In this document: in pieces, positions 32,579-40,671 of the stretch
Position numbering within the stretch: the first letter of the stretch is position 1
Layout of the letters: every line of letters starts with the position of its first letter
Origin: Myxococcota bacterium
GTDB taxonomy: Bacteria; Myxococcota_A; UBA9160; UBA4427
NCBI GenBank assembly: GCA_965250285.1
Contig: OZ252299.1
Coordinates: 1,801,222-1,865,221 of the forward strand
Direction: 5' to 3'
Length of the DNA stretch: 64,000 bases
Made by a program: the position numbers and the translations under genes
The notes under the pieces: generated by a model
The model's database searches: none
Told to the model about the DNA's origin: nothing
What the model saw: the letters and a program-made list of their open reading frames with translations, nothing else

Positions 32579-33334
32579 ATGCAGGCACTCGCCGGCGTCT
32601 CGTTCACGCTGCTGATCGGCGTCTCACTCGTCGTCGGCGTGCGCATGCTCGCGCTCGCCGCCCGCACCCGTGAGGTGCCCGAGTGGGCGCTGGGGGCGAA
32701 CCTGGTGCTGGTGATGGGCGTCGCCTACCCGGGGATGATTCTGCTCGAGAGCGATCTCGGGTGGAGCCTCGGCGTACAGCGCGCGCTGATGATCGGGTTG
32801 AATCTCACGATCAATACCGGCTTCCTGCTGCTCTTCGTCTTCACGGCCCACGTGTTTCGGCCGGGCGTTCGCTGGGCGCACTGGCTGATCGCAGCCGCGG
32901 CGTGCGCGTTCATCGTGCACGTCTCGCTCGTCGCGCACATCCTGTACACGGCCGAAGACCTCGCGGCGAGCCGGCCCGCGGCCACGCAGGCCGGCCTGAT
33001 CTCACTCGGCACGGCATCGATCGGCTACGCGTGGTCAGGCTTCGAGGCGTTCGCCCACTGGAATCGCTTGCGCCGGCGCGAGCGGCTGGGTCTCATCGAC
33101 CCGGTGCTGCGCGATCGCATGTGGCTCTGGGCGATGATGATCACGGCGTCGCTCCTCGGCGCAGCGGCCAACTGGGTCTACCTGCTGCTCGGGATCGACG
33201 TGCTCGTGACCCCGTCGGCGATGCTGATCACGTCGCTCACCGGGCTGGCGCAGGGCGTCTTTCTCTGGCTCACGTTCATGCCGCCTGCCGCCTACGTCGC
33301 GTGGGTTCGGCGCCGCGCCGAGCCGGCGGCCTAG
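32579..33334 (+). CDS. polytopic (about 7-TM) membrane protein, unknown function
   Basis: ATG 32579 (MQALAGVSFTLLIGVSLVVGV...). About seven hydrophobic segments, with a cytoplasmic-looking loop WNRLRRRERLG. No family recognised. Confidence 0.5.
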   Translation: MQALAGVSFTLLIGVSLVVGVRMLALAARTREVPEWALGANLVLVMGVAYPGMILLESDLGWSLGVQRALMIGLNLTINTGFLLLFVFTAHVFRPGVRWAHWLIAAAACAFIVHVSLVAHILYTAEDLAASRPAATQAGLISLGTASIGYAWSGFEAFAHWNRLRRRERLGLIDPVLRDRMWLWAMMITASLLGAAANWVYLLLGIDVLVTPSAMLITSLTGLAQGVFLWLTFMPPAAYVAWVRRRAEPAA

Positions 33335-33353
33335 CGCTCCCACCCGCTCGGCT

Positions 33354-34313
33354 TCAGACCGCCGCCCAGGCTTCGAGCGCCGCATCGAGGTCGCCGCCGA
33401 AGACGGTCGGCGCGATCACCGGCAGATCGACCCCCGCCCGTCGAAACGCAGCGAGCCGACTGGCAATGCGCTCGGCATCACCGATCGCGAAGACGCCCTC
33501 GATCCACGCGTCGGGCACGAGCGACCGCGCTTCGGCGTGCGCCCCCGCCGCCCACGCCGACGCGATCGCATCGATGCGTTGGCCCTGCCCGAGCCCGCGG
33601 TAGAGCGCGGCGTACGTCGGCACCGCGAGATACGCGGCCAGGGTGCGGCGGGCATGGGCGCGGCCGCGCTCTTCGTCGGGGTCGAGCAGACACCCGACGC
33701 GCAAACACACCTCGCCTCGGCCGCGCGCAGGCTCGGCCGCGCGGAATCGCTCGACGATGCGCGCCGCATGGTCGGGCCCGACGAGCGAGAGCCACACGCC
33801 GTCGGCCTCCCGTGCGGCCAGCTCGAGCATGCGGGGCCCGAGGGCCGCGAGATGGATCGGCGGCGGCGCGTCCAGCGCCACGCCGAGTCGAAAGCCCTGC
33901 ACGCCGAGCGCTTGCCCCGCGTCGTCGGCGCGCGCCCCGGCGAGCGTCGCCCTCAGCCAGCGCAGCGTGTCGCGCATGCGCGCGTAGGCGCGCCGAAGCG
34001 GCAGGCCGTTCCAGCCCTCGACGATCGGCGCCGACGAGGTGCCGAGGCCGAGCGTGAAGCGCCCCGGGGCCGCATCGGTGAGCGACGCGGCCTGCATCGC
34101 GAGCAAGGCCGGCCCGCGCGTGAAGATCGACGCGATGGCCGTCCCCAGCCGAACGCGCTGTGTCTGGGCCGCGGCCGCCGAGAGCGGCGTGAAGGCATCG
34201 TACGCGTCGGTCTCCTGGCTCCAGAGATCGGTGAAGCCGAGCGCTTCGATCCGGCTGAGACGTTCGCCATCCGCGGCGAGGGAATCGCCCGCGACCGGGC
34301 AGTTCAGCCCGAT
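33354..34313 (-). CDS. luciferase-like (LLM-class) flavin/F420-dependent oxidoreductase; start codon unresolved
   Basis: GRFTLGLGTSSAPIVEGWNGLPL and the downstream blocks are LLM-typical. The same open frame upstream of the track start (TTG 34106) encodes RIGLN..RLSRIEALGFTDLWSQETDAYDAFTPLSAAAAQTQRVRLGTAIAS, the conserved LLM N-terminus, but contains no in-frame ATG/GTG/TTG. The upper coordinate is the ATC codon of RIGLN. Confidence 0.65.
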   Translation of the reverse strand: MGLNCPVAGDSLAADGERLSRIEALGFTDLWSQETDAYDAFTPLSAAAAQTQRVRLGTAIASIFTRGPALLAMQAASLTDAAPGRFTLGLGTSSAPIVEGWNGLPLRRAYARMRDTLRWLRATLAGARADDAGQALGVQGFRLGVALDAPPPIHLAALGPRMLELAAREADGVWLSLVGPDHAARIVERFRAAEPARGRGEVCLRVGCLLDPDEERGRAHARRTLAAYLAVPTYAALYRGLGQGQRIDAIASAWAAGAHAEARSLVPDAWIEGVFAIGDAERIASRLAAFRRAGVDLPVIAPTVFGGDLDAALEAWAAV

Positions 34314-34329
34314 CCGCCGCTCGACGCGG

Positions 34330-35451
34330 TCAGCCGCGACCGGAGAGCCCCAGTGCGGCCTGGGCCACGACGCTGCGCATGATCTCCGTGGTGCCGCCGC
34401 CGATCGTCTCCCACAGGCTCTGGCGCCACAGAAACTCGGGCCGTTCGCCCACGACGAGCGCCTCGGGCCCGCCGAGCTCGAGTACGGCCGTCGCGATGTG
34501 CTGGCTCGCCAGCGTATGCGCCACTTTGTTGGCCGCGGCCTCGGCCGCCGCCGGGCGCCCCGCGATCATCGCGTCGAGCACGAGCAGGCCGTGCATCTCG
34601 ACCTCTTCGGCCTCGACCACGAGCTCGGCCATGCGCCGCTGCACCACCGGGTCACGGTGCAACCCCCGCGCTTCGAGCCAGTCGCGCATCTCTTCGATGT
34701 CTCGGCGCACACGGCCGGGCGGAAACTGGATGTGCCGCTCGTCGGCCAGCGCCTCGCCCATGATCGTCCAGGCTCCGTTCTCGGGGCCCACGCGCTGCGC
34801 CTCGGGGACGAACGCACCGTCGAAATGCACCTCGTTCAGCTGATCATCGTCGAGCAGCGGCAGGGGCGTCACCGTCACGCCCGGCGTCTCCTTCGGCACG
34901 ATGAAGAGCGAGAGCCCCCGGCCGCGGCTCTCCTGATCGCCGGTGCGCGCGAGCAGCCAGAAGCAGTCCATGTCCTGGGCGTAGCTCTGCCAGCACTTCT
35001 GCCCCTCGATCCGGTAGCCGCCCTCAGCGGGGATCGCGCGGCAGCGCAGACTCGCCAGATCGCTGCCGGCCTCGGGTTCGGAGTACGCCAGCGAGAAGTG
35101 AAGCGACCCGCTTCGAATCTCGGGCAGCCACTGTGCTTTCTGCGCTTCGGTGCCGACGCGGATGAGCGAGCGGGCCACGATCCCCGCCGAGAGTGGGTTG
35201 CGGGCGGCGCGGGCATACGCGACCTCGTCCCAGAGGATGTACTCGTAGGCCGGGCCCCGGCCGAGTCCGCCGTCGACCTCGGGCCAGGCGAGCGAGAGCC
35301 AGCCGCGCTCACCCATCGCTTCAAAGAGCTGCTTCACTCGGGGCCACTGGTGGCCCTGCTTGAAGAACCCGTCGAGGTCGCGGTAGTCGGCCAGCAGCGC
35401 CCGAACGTCCGTGCGAAACGCTTCTTCGGCCTCGCTGAAGCGGGGGTTCAC
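34330..35451 (-). CDS. acyl-CoA dehydrogenase
   Basis: GTG 35451-35449 overlaps the crotonase stop (GTGA). VNPRFSEAEEAFRTDVRALL..., LAYSEPEAGSDLASLRCRA, and a C-terminal ETIGGGTTEIMRSVVAQAALGL are ACAD blocks. Confidence 0.9.
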   Translation of the reverse strand: MNPRFSEAEEAFRTDVRALLADYRDLDGFFKQGHQWPRVKQLFEAMGERGWLSLAWPEVDGGLGRGPAYEYILWDEVAYARAARNPLSAGIVARSLIRVGTEAQKAQWLPEIRSGSLHFSLAYSEPEAGSDLASLRCRAIPAEGGYRIEGQKCWQSYAQDMDCFWLLARTGDQESRGRGLSLFIVPKETPGVTVTPLPLLDDDQLNEVHFDGAFVPEAQRVGPENGAWTIMGEALADERHIQFPPGRVRRDIEEMRDWLEARGLHRDPVVQRRMAELVVEAEEVEMHGLLVLDAMIAGRPAAAEAAANKVAHTLASQHIATAVLELGGPEALVVGERPEFLWRQSLWETIGGGTTEIMRSVVAQAALGLSGRG

Positions 35452-36293
35452 TCGTCCTCCCCACTGCGCGCGTTCGGGTCGGGGTTCCAACGCGGAGCGC
35501 GCTTCTCCATGAACGCGCGCGGCCCCTCTTCGAAGTCGGGATGCGCCCAGTGCAGGCGCAGCAACGCCCAGGCGTGCTCGAGCGCCTGGTTGTAGCCCTG
35601 CTCGCGCGCGCCCCACACGGCCTGCTTGCTGAGCGCCACCGCCTGGGGCGAGTTCTCGCAGATCTGCGCAGCGATCTCGCGTGCCGCCTCGAGCGCCGCT
35701 GCCGGATCTTCGGCCAGCTCGTCGACCAGTCCGAGCTGATACGCGCGCTCGGCCTTCATGCGGTAGCCCTTGCCCTGCAGCGTCAGGCGCAGCGCGGCCC
35801 CGAGCGGCAGCCGCATCGCGAGGCCGACGTTCTCGAGCGCACCGACCATGCCGACGTTCACGTGGGTATCGGTGAACGCGGCGTTCTTCGACGCCACGAC
35901 GATGTCGGCGTCGACGACGAAGTGGTGGCCGCCCCCGACGCACAGCCCCTGCACCACGCAGAGGACCGGCTTCATGACGCGATTCTGATACGGAGACCAG
36001 AAAACGGCCTCGCTGAGCGGGCGGTTCGCGAACACCTCGTCGGCCTCGTCGCCTTCGGCCTCGGGCACGTCGAAGCCCGTGCAGAAGTGACGCTCGCCGC
36101 TGGCAGTCACGATCGCCACGCGCACCTCCGGGTCGTCACGGACGTCGCTCCAGATCGCACGGACGATGGGCTGCATGCCCGGCGTCAGTGCGTTGCCGCG
36201 CTCGGGTCGATCGAGGGTGATCGTGGCGATGCCTCCGGCCTTCTCGTAGCGAAGCCCCGGCAACGCACCCGAGAGATCGATGTCACTCGCCAT
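35448..36293 (-). CDS. enoyl-CoA hydratase/isomerase (crotonase) family protein
   Basis: ATG 36293. GIATITLDRPERGNALT..VRVAIVTASGERHFCTGFDV..KPVLCVVQGLCVGGGHHFVVDADIVVAS are crotonase-fold signatures. Confidence 0.9.
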   Translation of the reverse strand: MASDIDLSGALPGLRYEKAGGIATITLDRPERGNALTPGMQPIVRAIWSDVRDDPEVRVAIVTASGERHFCTGFDVPEAEGDEADEVFANRPLSEAVFWSPYQNRVMKPVLCVVQGLCVGGGHHFVVDADIVVASKNAAFTDTHVNVGMVGALENVGLAMRLPLGAALRLTLQGKGYRMKAERAYQLGLVDELAEDPAAALEAAREIAAQICENSPQAVALSKQAVWGAREQGYNQALEHAWALLRLHWAHPDFEEGPRAFMEKRAPRWNPDPNARSGEDE

Positions 36294-37243
36294 CACGGCT
36301 CCTCCGCGCCCGTCGACCAACCGAGACCTTCGAGCACGGCGCCCAGGGCGTGGCGCTCGGTCGGCGCATCGGCCACCCACTGGCGCGCCCGCCGAGTGAG
36401 ATGGTAGATCGGTCCTTCGAGCGTGATCCCGACGGCGCCGAACACCTGGTGGGCGACGTGAATCGTGTCGAGCACTGCGCGAGCCGACGACAGCCGAGCC
36501 TTTGCAGCTGTTCGTCGCGGCGCAGCGATGTCGTGATCGAACGCGTAGGCCGCGGCGCGGGCCAGCCCCGTGGCAGCAGAGAGCGCCATGTGGACATCGG
36601 CCAGCGGATGCGCCACGGCCTGAAAGTCGCCGATCGGCTTGCGAAACTGCTTGCGCGTGCGCGCATGCTCGGCCGCCAGGCCAACGAGCGCGCGACCGCA
36701 GCCCGCCAACTTCGCCGCCCGAGCGATGTCGGCCAGGGTCGAGGCGCGCTCCACGGCGCCGAGCGCGCGCGAATCGACCAGCTGCACTCGAGCGACGGGG
36801 TCGCCGCCGAGGCTCGCCACGGCTTCGGGATCGCCGTTCGGCGTGCCGGCGCGCGCGCCGTCCGAGCCGATCTCGATGACGACATCGGCGTCGGAGCCGT
36901 ACGGAAAGAGCCCGCCCTCGCCGAGCGCGACGAGCGCCTGGCCGTCGGCGACCCGCGCGACCACGTCGGCGTCGCCGAGGGCCTGGGTGGCGAAATAGGT
37001 CGCCGTGAACGGGCCCGGAAACCCACCGGCGCCGAGCGCTTCCATGGCGGCGACGATCTCGAGCGCCCCGCCCTCGCCCCCCGGCGTGCACGGTGCAAAG
37101 ACGCCGAGCTCCCCCAGCTCGCTCCAGAGCCCACGCGACCACGCGATGCGGCCCACCGCGTCGTCGGCTCGCTCGGCGCAGTAGCCCGCGAGCGCGTCGT
37201 GGATCGCCTGCTGGCCGTCGTCGAACGCGAGCGAGAGGGTCAT
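36293..37243 (-). CDS. short acyl-CoA dehydrogenase-family protein (second member of a coupled pair)
   Basis: 316 aa from ATG 37243 (ATGA overlap with the upstream gene). ACAD C-terminal-domain blocks RKQFRKPIGDFQAVAHPLADV and GAVGITLEGPIYHLTRRARQW. It is shorter than typical ~380-aa ACADs. Confidence 0.75.
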   Translation of the reverse strand: MTLSLAFDDGQQAIHDALAGYCAERADDAVGRIAWSRGLWSELGELGVFAPCTPGGEGGALEIVAAMEALGAGGFPGPFTATYFATQALGDADVVARVADGQALVALGEGGLFPYGSDADVVIEIGSDGARAGTPNGDPEAVASLGGDPVARVQLVDSRALGAVERASTLADIARAAKLAGCGRALVGLAAEHARTRKQFRKPIGDFQAVAHPLADVHMALSAATGLARAAAYAFDHDIAAPRRTAAKARLSSARAVLDTIHVAHQVFGAVGITLEGPIYHLTRRARQWVADAPTERHALGAVLEGLGWSTGAEEP

Positions 37244-38178
37244 GCGGGCGAAGCGGTCCAGCGCGCTTCGGCGAGCGCGCGTCGGTGACCGCGAACGCCG
37301 CCCATTTCGAGGCGCAGCGCCTGGAGCCGCATCGACCACACGTGCAGGTCGTGCTCGCGGGTGAAGCCGATCGCGCCCGAGAGTTGATGCGTCTCGCCGA
37401 AGACACGCTCGGCGGCGGCGATGGCGAAACTCGCCGCGGCGGCGACCCCCTCGCTCGGTGCACCGCGGTGGGCCGCTTCGCGAGCCAGCCAGCGGGCCCC
37501 TTCGATGTGGATGGCGCACTCGGCGAGCCGATGCTGCACGGCCTGGAACGATCCGATGGTGCGGCCGAACTGACGGCGCTGCTTCAGGTAGTCGACCGTC
37601 TCGTTGAGAGACGCCTCCATCGTGCCCACCGCTTCGACCGCGAGTGAGAGCCGCCAGAGGTCGGCCACGCGCTCGGCCGAGGCACCCGGCAAGGTTTCAC
37701 CGGCCGGCGGGGCACCGGTGAGGCGCCCCATCGGATAGCCGAAGTTCGAGGGCACGGGCTCGACCGCGCCCGGCTCGATCTCGATGGCCCGCACCGAGTC
37801 GGGCGCGACGACGAGCAGGGTGCGCGCGACCCCGAGAAACCGGATCGGCACCGTGAGCGAGCCGACTTCGGTGATCGCGAGCGCGCCCTCGGTCGAGAGG
37901 TCGGTCGTCGGCGCCGCGACCAGCGCGCAGGCCCCGGCCGACACGACGGCCCCGGCCCGCGCGGCCGCTTCGGTCACGAGCGCCGCTTCGAGCAGGCCCA
38001 TGCCGCCACCGGCGGCGACGTCGAGAAAGCCCGCATCGGCGAGCGCGGCGTGCAGCTGGTTGTCGTACTCGCCCGCTCCACCGAGCGCGATCGCACGGGC
38101 GGCGCCAGCCTGCTCAACGAGCAGGCGCTCGACGGCCTCCATCACGGCCGCCTGATCCGAGTCGAGCTCGAAATCCAC
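37240..38178 (-). CDS. short acyl-CoA dehydrogenase-family protein (first member of a coupled pair)
   Basis: 312 aa. MDFELDSDQAAVMEAVERLL..., RRQFGRTIGSFQAVQHRLAECAI and GAIGFTREHDLHVWSMRLQALRLEMGG are ACAD-type. Confidence 0.75.
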   Translation of the reverse strand: MDFELDSDQAAVMEAVERLLVEQAGAARAIALGGAGEYDNQLHAALADAGFLDVAAGGGMGLLEAALVTEAAARAGAVVSAGACALVAAPTTDLSTEGALAITEVGSLTVPIRFLGVARTLLVVAPDSVRAIEIEPGAVEPVPSNFGYPMGRLTGAPPAGETLPGASAERVADLWRLSLAVEAVGTMEASLNETVDYLKQRRQFGRTIGSFQAVQHRLAECAIHIEGARWLAREAAHRGAPSEGVAAAASFAIAAAERVFGETHQLSGAIGFTREHDLHVWSMRLQALRLEMGGVRGHRRALAEARWTASPA

Positions 38179-38204
38179 GCCCTACGCCTCTGCGTCCACG
38201 GTGA

Positions 38205-39350
38205 TCACTCCTTCGGCAGTCCGAGAAAGCGCGCGGCGATGAGATTGAGCTGCACCTCGGTGGCCCCGACGGCGACGCCCGCCGTCATCGCGAGCCGAAA
38301 GTTTGCATCGGCGAACGAGCCGTACTCCATCGCGTCGAGGCCGAGGATGTCGAGCGCCAGAGCGCCGACCGCCGTGTCGGCGGTGGTGCCGAGCACCCGC
38401 GCGAGCTGGGTGTCTGCGGTCGGCGGCCGATCCTTCGCGCGAATGTCGATCACCTTGTACGTCAGCACGCGGGCGGCTTCGCAAAGCGCCCGGGCTTCGG
38501 CCAGCTGGTCGACCACCATCGGGTCGGAGAGCAGCCCGCGCTCGCGGGCCATGTCGGCGAGGCGATCGAGGGTGACAGCCGCCCGCGCATAGCGCGCGGC
38601 CCCGACGCGCTCGTACTGCAGGGCGTAGTTGACGACGTCCCAGCCGTCGTGCTCGGGCCCCAGCAGCGTCGACGCCGGCACCTCGACGTCGGTGAAGAAC
38701 ACCTCGTGGAAGTAGCGCTTGCCCACGACCGACGGGATCTCGCGCACCTCGATGCCCGGTGTATCCATCGGAACCAGCAGGACCGAGATGCCGCGATGCC
38801 GCGCGCTGTTCGGGTCGGTGCGCACGAGCAAGAAACAGAAGTCGGCGTGATTGCAGTACGACGTCCAGATCTTGCTGCCATGGATGACGTAATGATCCCC
38901 GACCTTCAGCGCCTGAGTGCGCAGCGCCGCGAGGTCGCTGCCCGCCTCGGGTTCGCTGAAGCCCTGACACCAGAGCACCTGCCCCGACGAGATCTTCGGC
39001 AGGTGAAAGGCCTGCTGCTCGGCGGTGCCGAACTTCATGATCGCCGGGCCGATCCAGTTCACGTTCATGTACTGAGCGCCGCGGGGCTCGCCGATCGCCC
39101 AGCACTCTTCGCCGATGATCGAGTGACGCCATGGTGCGGCGTCTTTGCCGCCGAAAGCGCTCGGCCAGTGCTGGGTCAGCCAGCCTCGCTCGGCGAGCTG
39201 GCCGCAGAAGATGCGCGAGAAGTCGGATTGCAGGTCGCTGCCCGGGCCGTCCTTCGAGAGCTCCTCCCAATCTTCGGGGAGCGTCTCGTCGAGGAACGCG
39301 CGCACCTCGGCTCGGTGCTGCTCGTCTTCGGGGGACCAGTCGAAATCCAC
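38205..39350 (-). CDS. acyl-CoA dehydrogenase
   Basis: WCQGFSEPEAGSDLAALRTQA, KIWTSYCNHADFCFLLVRTD and a C-terminal VGATEVQLNLIAARFLGLPKE. Start set at GTG 39350 (VDFDWSPEDEQHRAEV, the usual ACAD N-terminus). The track's ATG 39404 is also possible. Confidence 0.9.
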   Translation of the reverse strand: MDFDWSPEDEQHRAEVRAFLDETLPEDWEELSKDGPGSDLQSDFSRIFCGQLAERGWLTQHWPSAFGGKDAAPWRHSIIGEECWAIGEPRGAQYMNVNWIGPAIMKFGTAEQQAFHLPKISSGQVLWCQGFSEPEAGSDLAALRTQALKVGDHYVIHGSKIWTSYCNHADFCFLLVRTDPNSARHRGISVLLVPMDTPGIEVREIPSVVGKRYFHEVFFTDVEVPASTLLGPEHDGWDVVNYALQYERVGAARYARAAVTLDRLADMARERGLLSDPMVVDQLAEARALCEAARVLTYKVIDIRAKDRPPTADTQLARVLGTTADTAVGALALDILGLDAMEYGSFADANFRLAMTAGVAVGATEVQLNLIAARFLGLPKE

Positions 39351-39417
39351 AGGGGCTGCCCTCGCCGTGGCGGCGCGATCCAACAGCGGAGGCGCGCCCG
39401 GCACGGGTAGCGAACGA

Positions 39418-39434
39418 TCTGACGGTGCGTCAAA
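39418..39434. promoter_or_regulatory. imperfect copy (TCTGACGG-T-GCGTCAAA) of the 17-bp palindrome; candidate operator upstream of the six-gene ACAD operon
   Basis: 14 of 16 arm positions match TCTGACGG-n-CCGTCAGA. It lies ~70 nt upstream of GTG 39350. Confidence 0.4.
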
Positions 39435-39464
39435 TCCAGCTTCGACGAGGGTCTCTGGGCCAAT

Positions 39465-40118
39465 TCAAGGCTGTGGGTTCGCCACTCGCCGGAACCGGGC
39501 GCAGGCCGTCACACCGACGGCGAAGGCCGCCGCGATCAATCCCACCGGTGCGAGCAACGGCACCTCGGTGCCGCCCACAACCTCGACCGAGGTCGAGCCG
39601 AGCGTGGTCACCTGATCGGTGACGTCCGTCCCCGGGTCGAGTAGGAAGATCCCGTCCCCCGAATCGAGCGAGAGGCCGAATTCGCCCGGGCCGGGCGTCG
39701 AGAGCGCGCGAAAGGTCACCGTCGCGAGCCAGAGGTGCTCGGCCGATGCGCCCGGGTGCAGACTCAGATCGTTGCCGATGAAGGCCACGTTGACTTGATT
39801 GAACGGGGGGACCGGCCAGAGGATCGGTGGATCTGCATTCGGCACGAGATACCAATACCTGGGCGTATACAACACGTAGCTCGGCATGGTCGAGAGGGTC
39901 GGCTCGTAGGCGAACCGGGTCGGATCGAAGATCACTCCGACGCTGAACATCCAGAGTGGCTGCTCGCCCTGGGTGTCCAGGTACACCTCGAACTCGACGA
40001 GATCGCCGGCCTCGACCGATGCGGGCGCGCGGCTGACGAGCTCGAACTCGATCGCAGCCGCAGGAGAAGCGAGTGCAAGACCGACCGAGACGAGGACGAT
40101 CGCGTTCGACCATCTCAT
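39465..40118 (-). CDS. secreted cohesin-like domain protein with C-terminal TM/basic sorting-signal-like tail
   Basis: ATG 40118, preceded by GGAGG. Signal peptide MRWSNAIVLVSVGLALASPAAA. Beta-rich domain with a cohesin-like pattern (VEAGDLVEFEVYLDT..LWMFSVGVIFDPTRFAY). The C-terminus GGTEVPLLAPVGLIAAAFAVGVTACARFRR resembles PEP-CTERM/IPTL-CTERM-type sorting signals. Confidence 0.5.
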   Translation of the reverse strand: MRWSNAIVLVSVGLALASPAAAIEFELVSRAPASVEAGDLVEFEVYLDTQGEQPLWMFSVGVIFDPTRFAYEPTLSTMPSYVLYTPRYWYLVPNADPPILWPVPPFNQVNVAFIGNDLSLHPGASAEHLWLATVTFRALSTPGPGEFGLSLDSGDGIFLLDPGTDVTDQVTTLGSTSVEVVGGTEVPLLAPVGLIAAAFAVGVTACARFRRVANPQP

Positions 40119-40170
40119 TCTTCCCGGCCTCCACTCTCGATCAAGGTCTCGGTGCCCGCGCGCTCGGGGG

Positions 40171-40587
40171 TCATGAGCCAGCGGGAGGGCACGTGCCCTT
40201 CTCGTTCGCGGCCGCGCAAGCGAGCCCTGAGGGCCCGGGGAGCGTGTACTGCCCGTTGAAGACGATCGAGATGTCGGCGAGATCGACGAATCCATCTCCG
40301 TCGACGTCGTACTCCGTGTTCGTTCCGTTGATCTCGGTGTAGATCACGTACACATCCTGCAGCGCCGAGACTCCGTCGTTGTTGAAGTCGCGATCACACA
40401 AGGTGCCGTAGCCATCCTCGTCTTCATCGCGTTGGTCGCGGTTCGGGACCAGGGTGCAGTTGTCGAGCGCGTCGGGGACGCCGTCCGCGTCTGAATCCGT
40501 CGCTCCCTGGGTGCGGGCAGATAGTGGGAAGACGCAGATCACGCCCAGCAGACCGGTCATGGCCAGGCAGCGGACCGTGCGGTTCAT
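40171..40587 (-). CDS. secreted TSP type-3 repeat / dockerin-like calcium-binding protein
   Basis: ATG 40587, preceded by GGAGG. Signal peptide MNRTVRCLAMTGLLGVICVFPLSA. TSP3-like DSDADGVPDALDNCTLVPNRDQRDEDEDGYGTLCD. Two dockerin/EF-hand-like segments DFNNDGVSALQDVYVIY and DVDGDGFVDLADISIVF. Confidence 0.6.
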   Translation of the reverse strand: MNRTVRCLAMTGLLGVICVFPLSARTQGATDSDADGVPDALDNCTLVPNRDQRDEDEDGYGTLCDRDFNNDGVSALQDVYVIYTEINGTNTEYDVDGDGFVDLADISIVFNGQYTLPGPSGLACAAANEKGTCPPAGS

Positions 40588-40643
40588 GGGGCACCTCCGT
40601 ATCCAGCGTGAGATCGAAAGCATGAAACACCGCGTGGAAGGAT

Positions 40644-40671
40644 GTCAACGCGTCGCAGAAGACGCGTTGAC
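40644..40671. promoter_or_regulatory. 11-bp perfect inverted repeat GTCAACGCGTC-(6)-GACGCGTTGAC in a divergent promoter region
   Basis: It lies between the dockerin-like gene start (40587, minus) and the acyl-CoA synthetase start (40759, plus). Confidence 0.35.

Noticed and set aside
34300-34335. Programmed +1 frameshift fusing the ACAD (34330-35451) to the LLM frame at the ..CGC GGC TGA C.. stop
   Set aside because: The LLM frame is +1 relative to the ACAD frame. However, the site lacks a slippery P-site codon (GGC to GCU is not cognate). I saw no stimulatory internal Shine-Dalgarno at the right spacing. An ACAD-LLM fusion has no precedent known to me. A non-canonical start or a lost start codon is more parsimonious.
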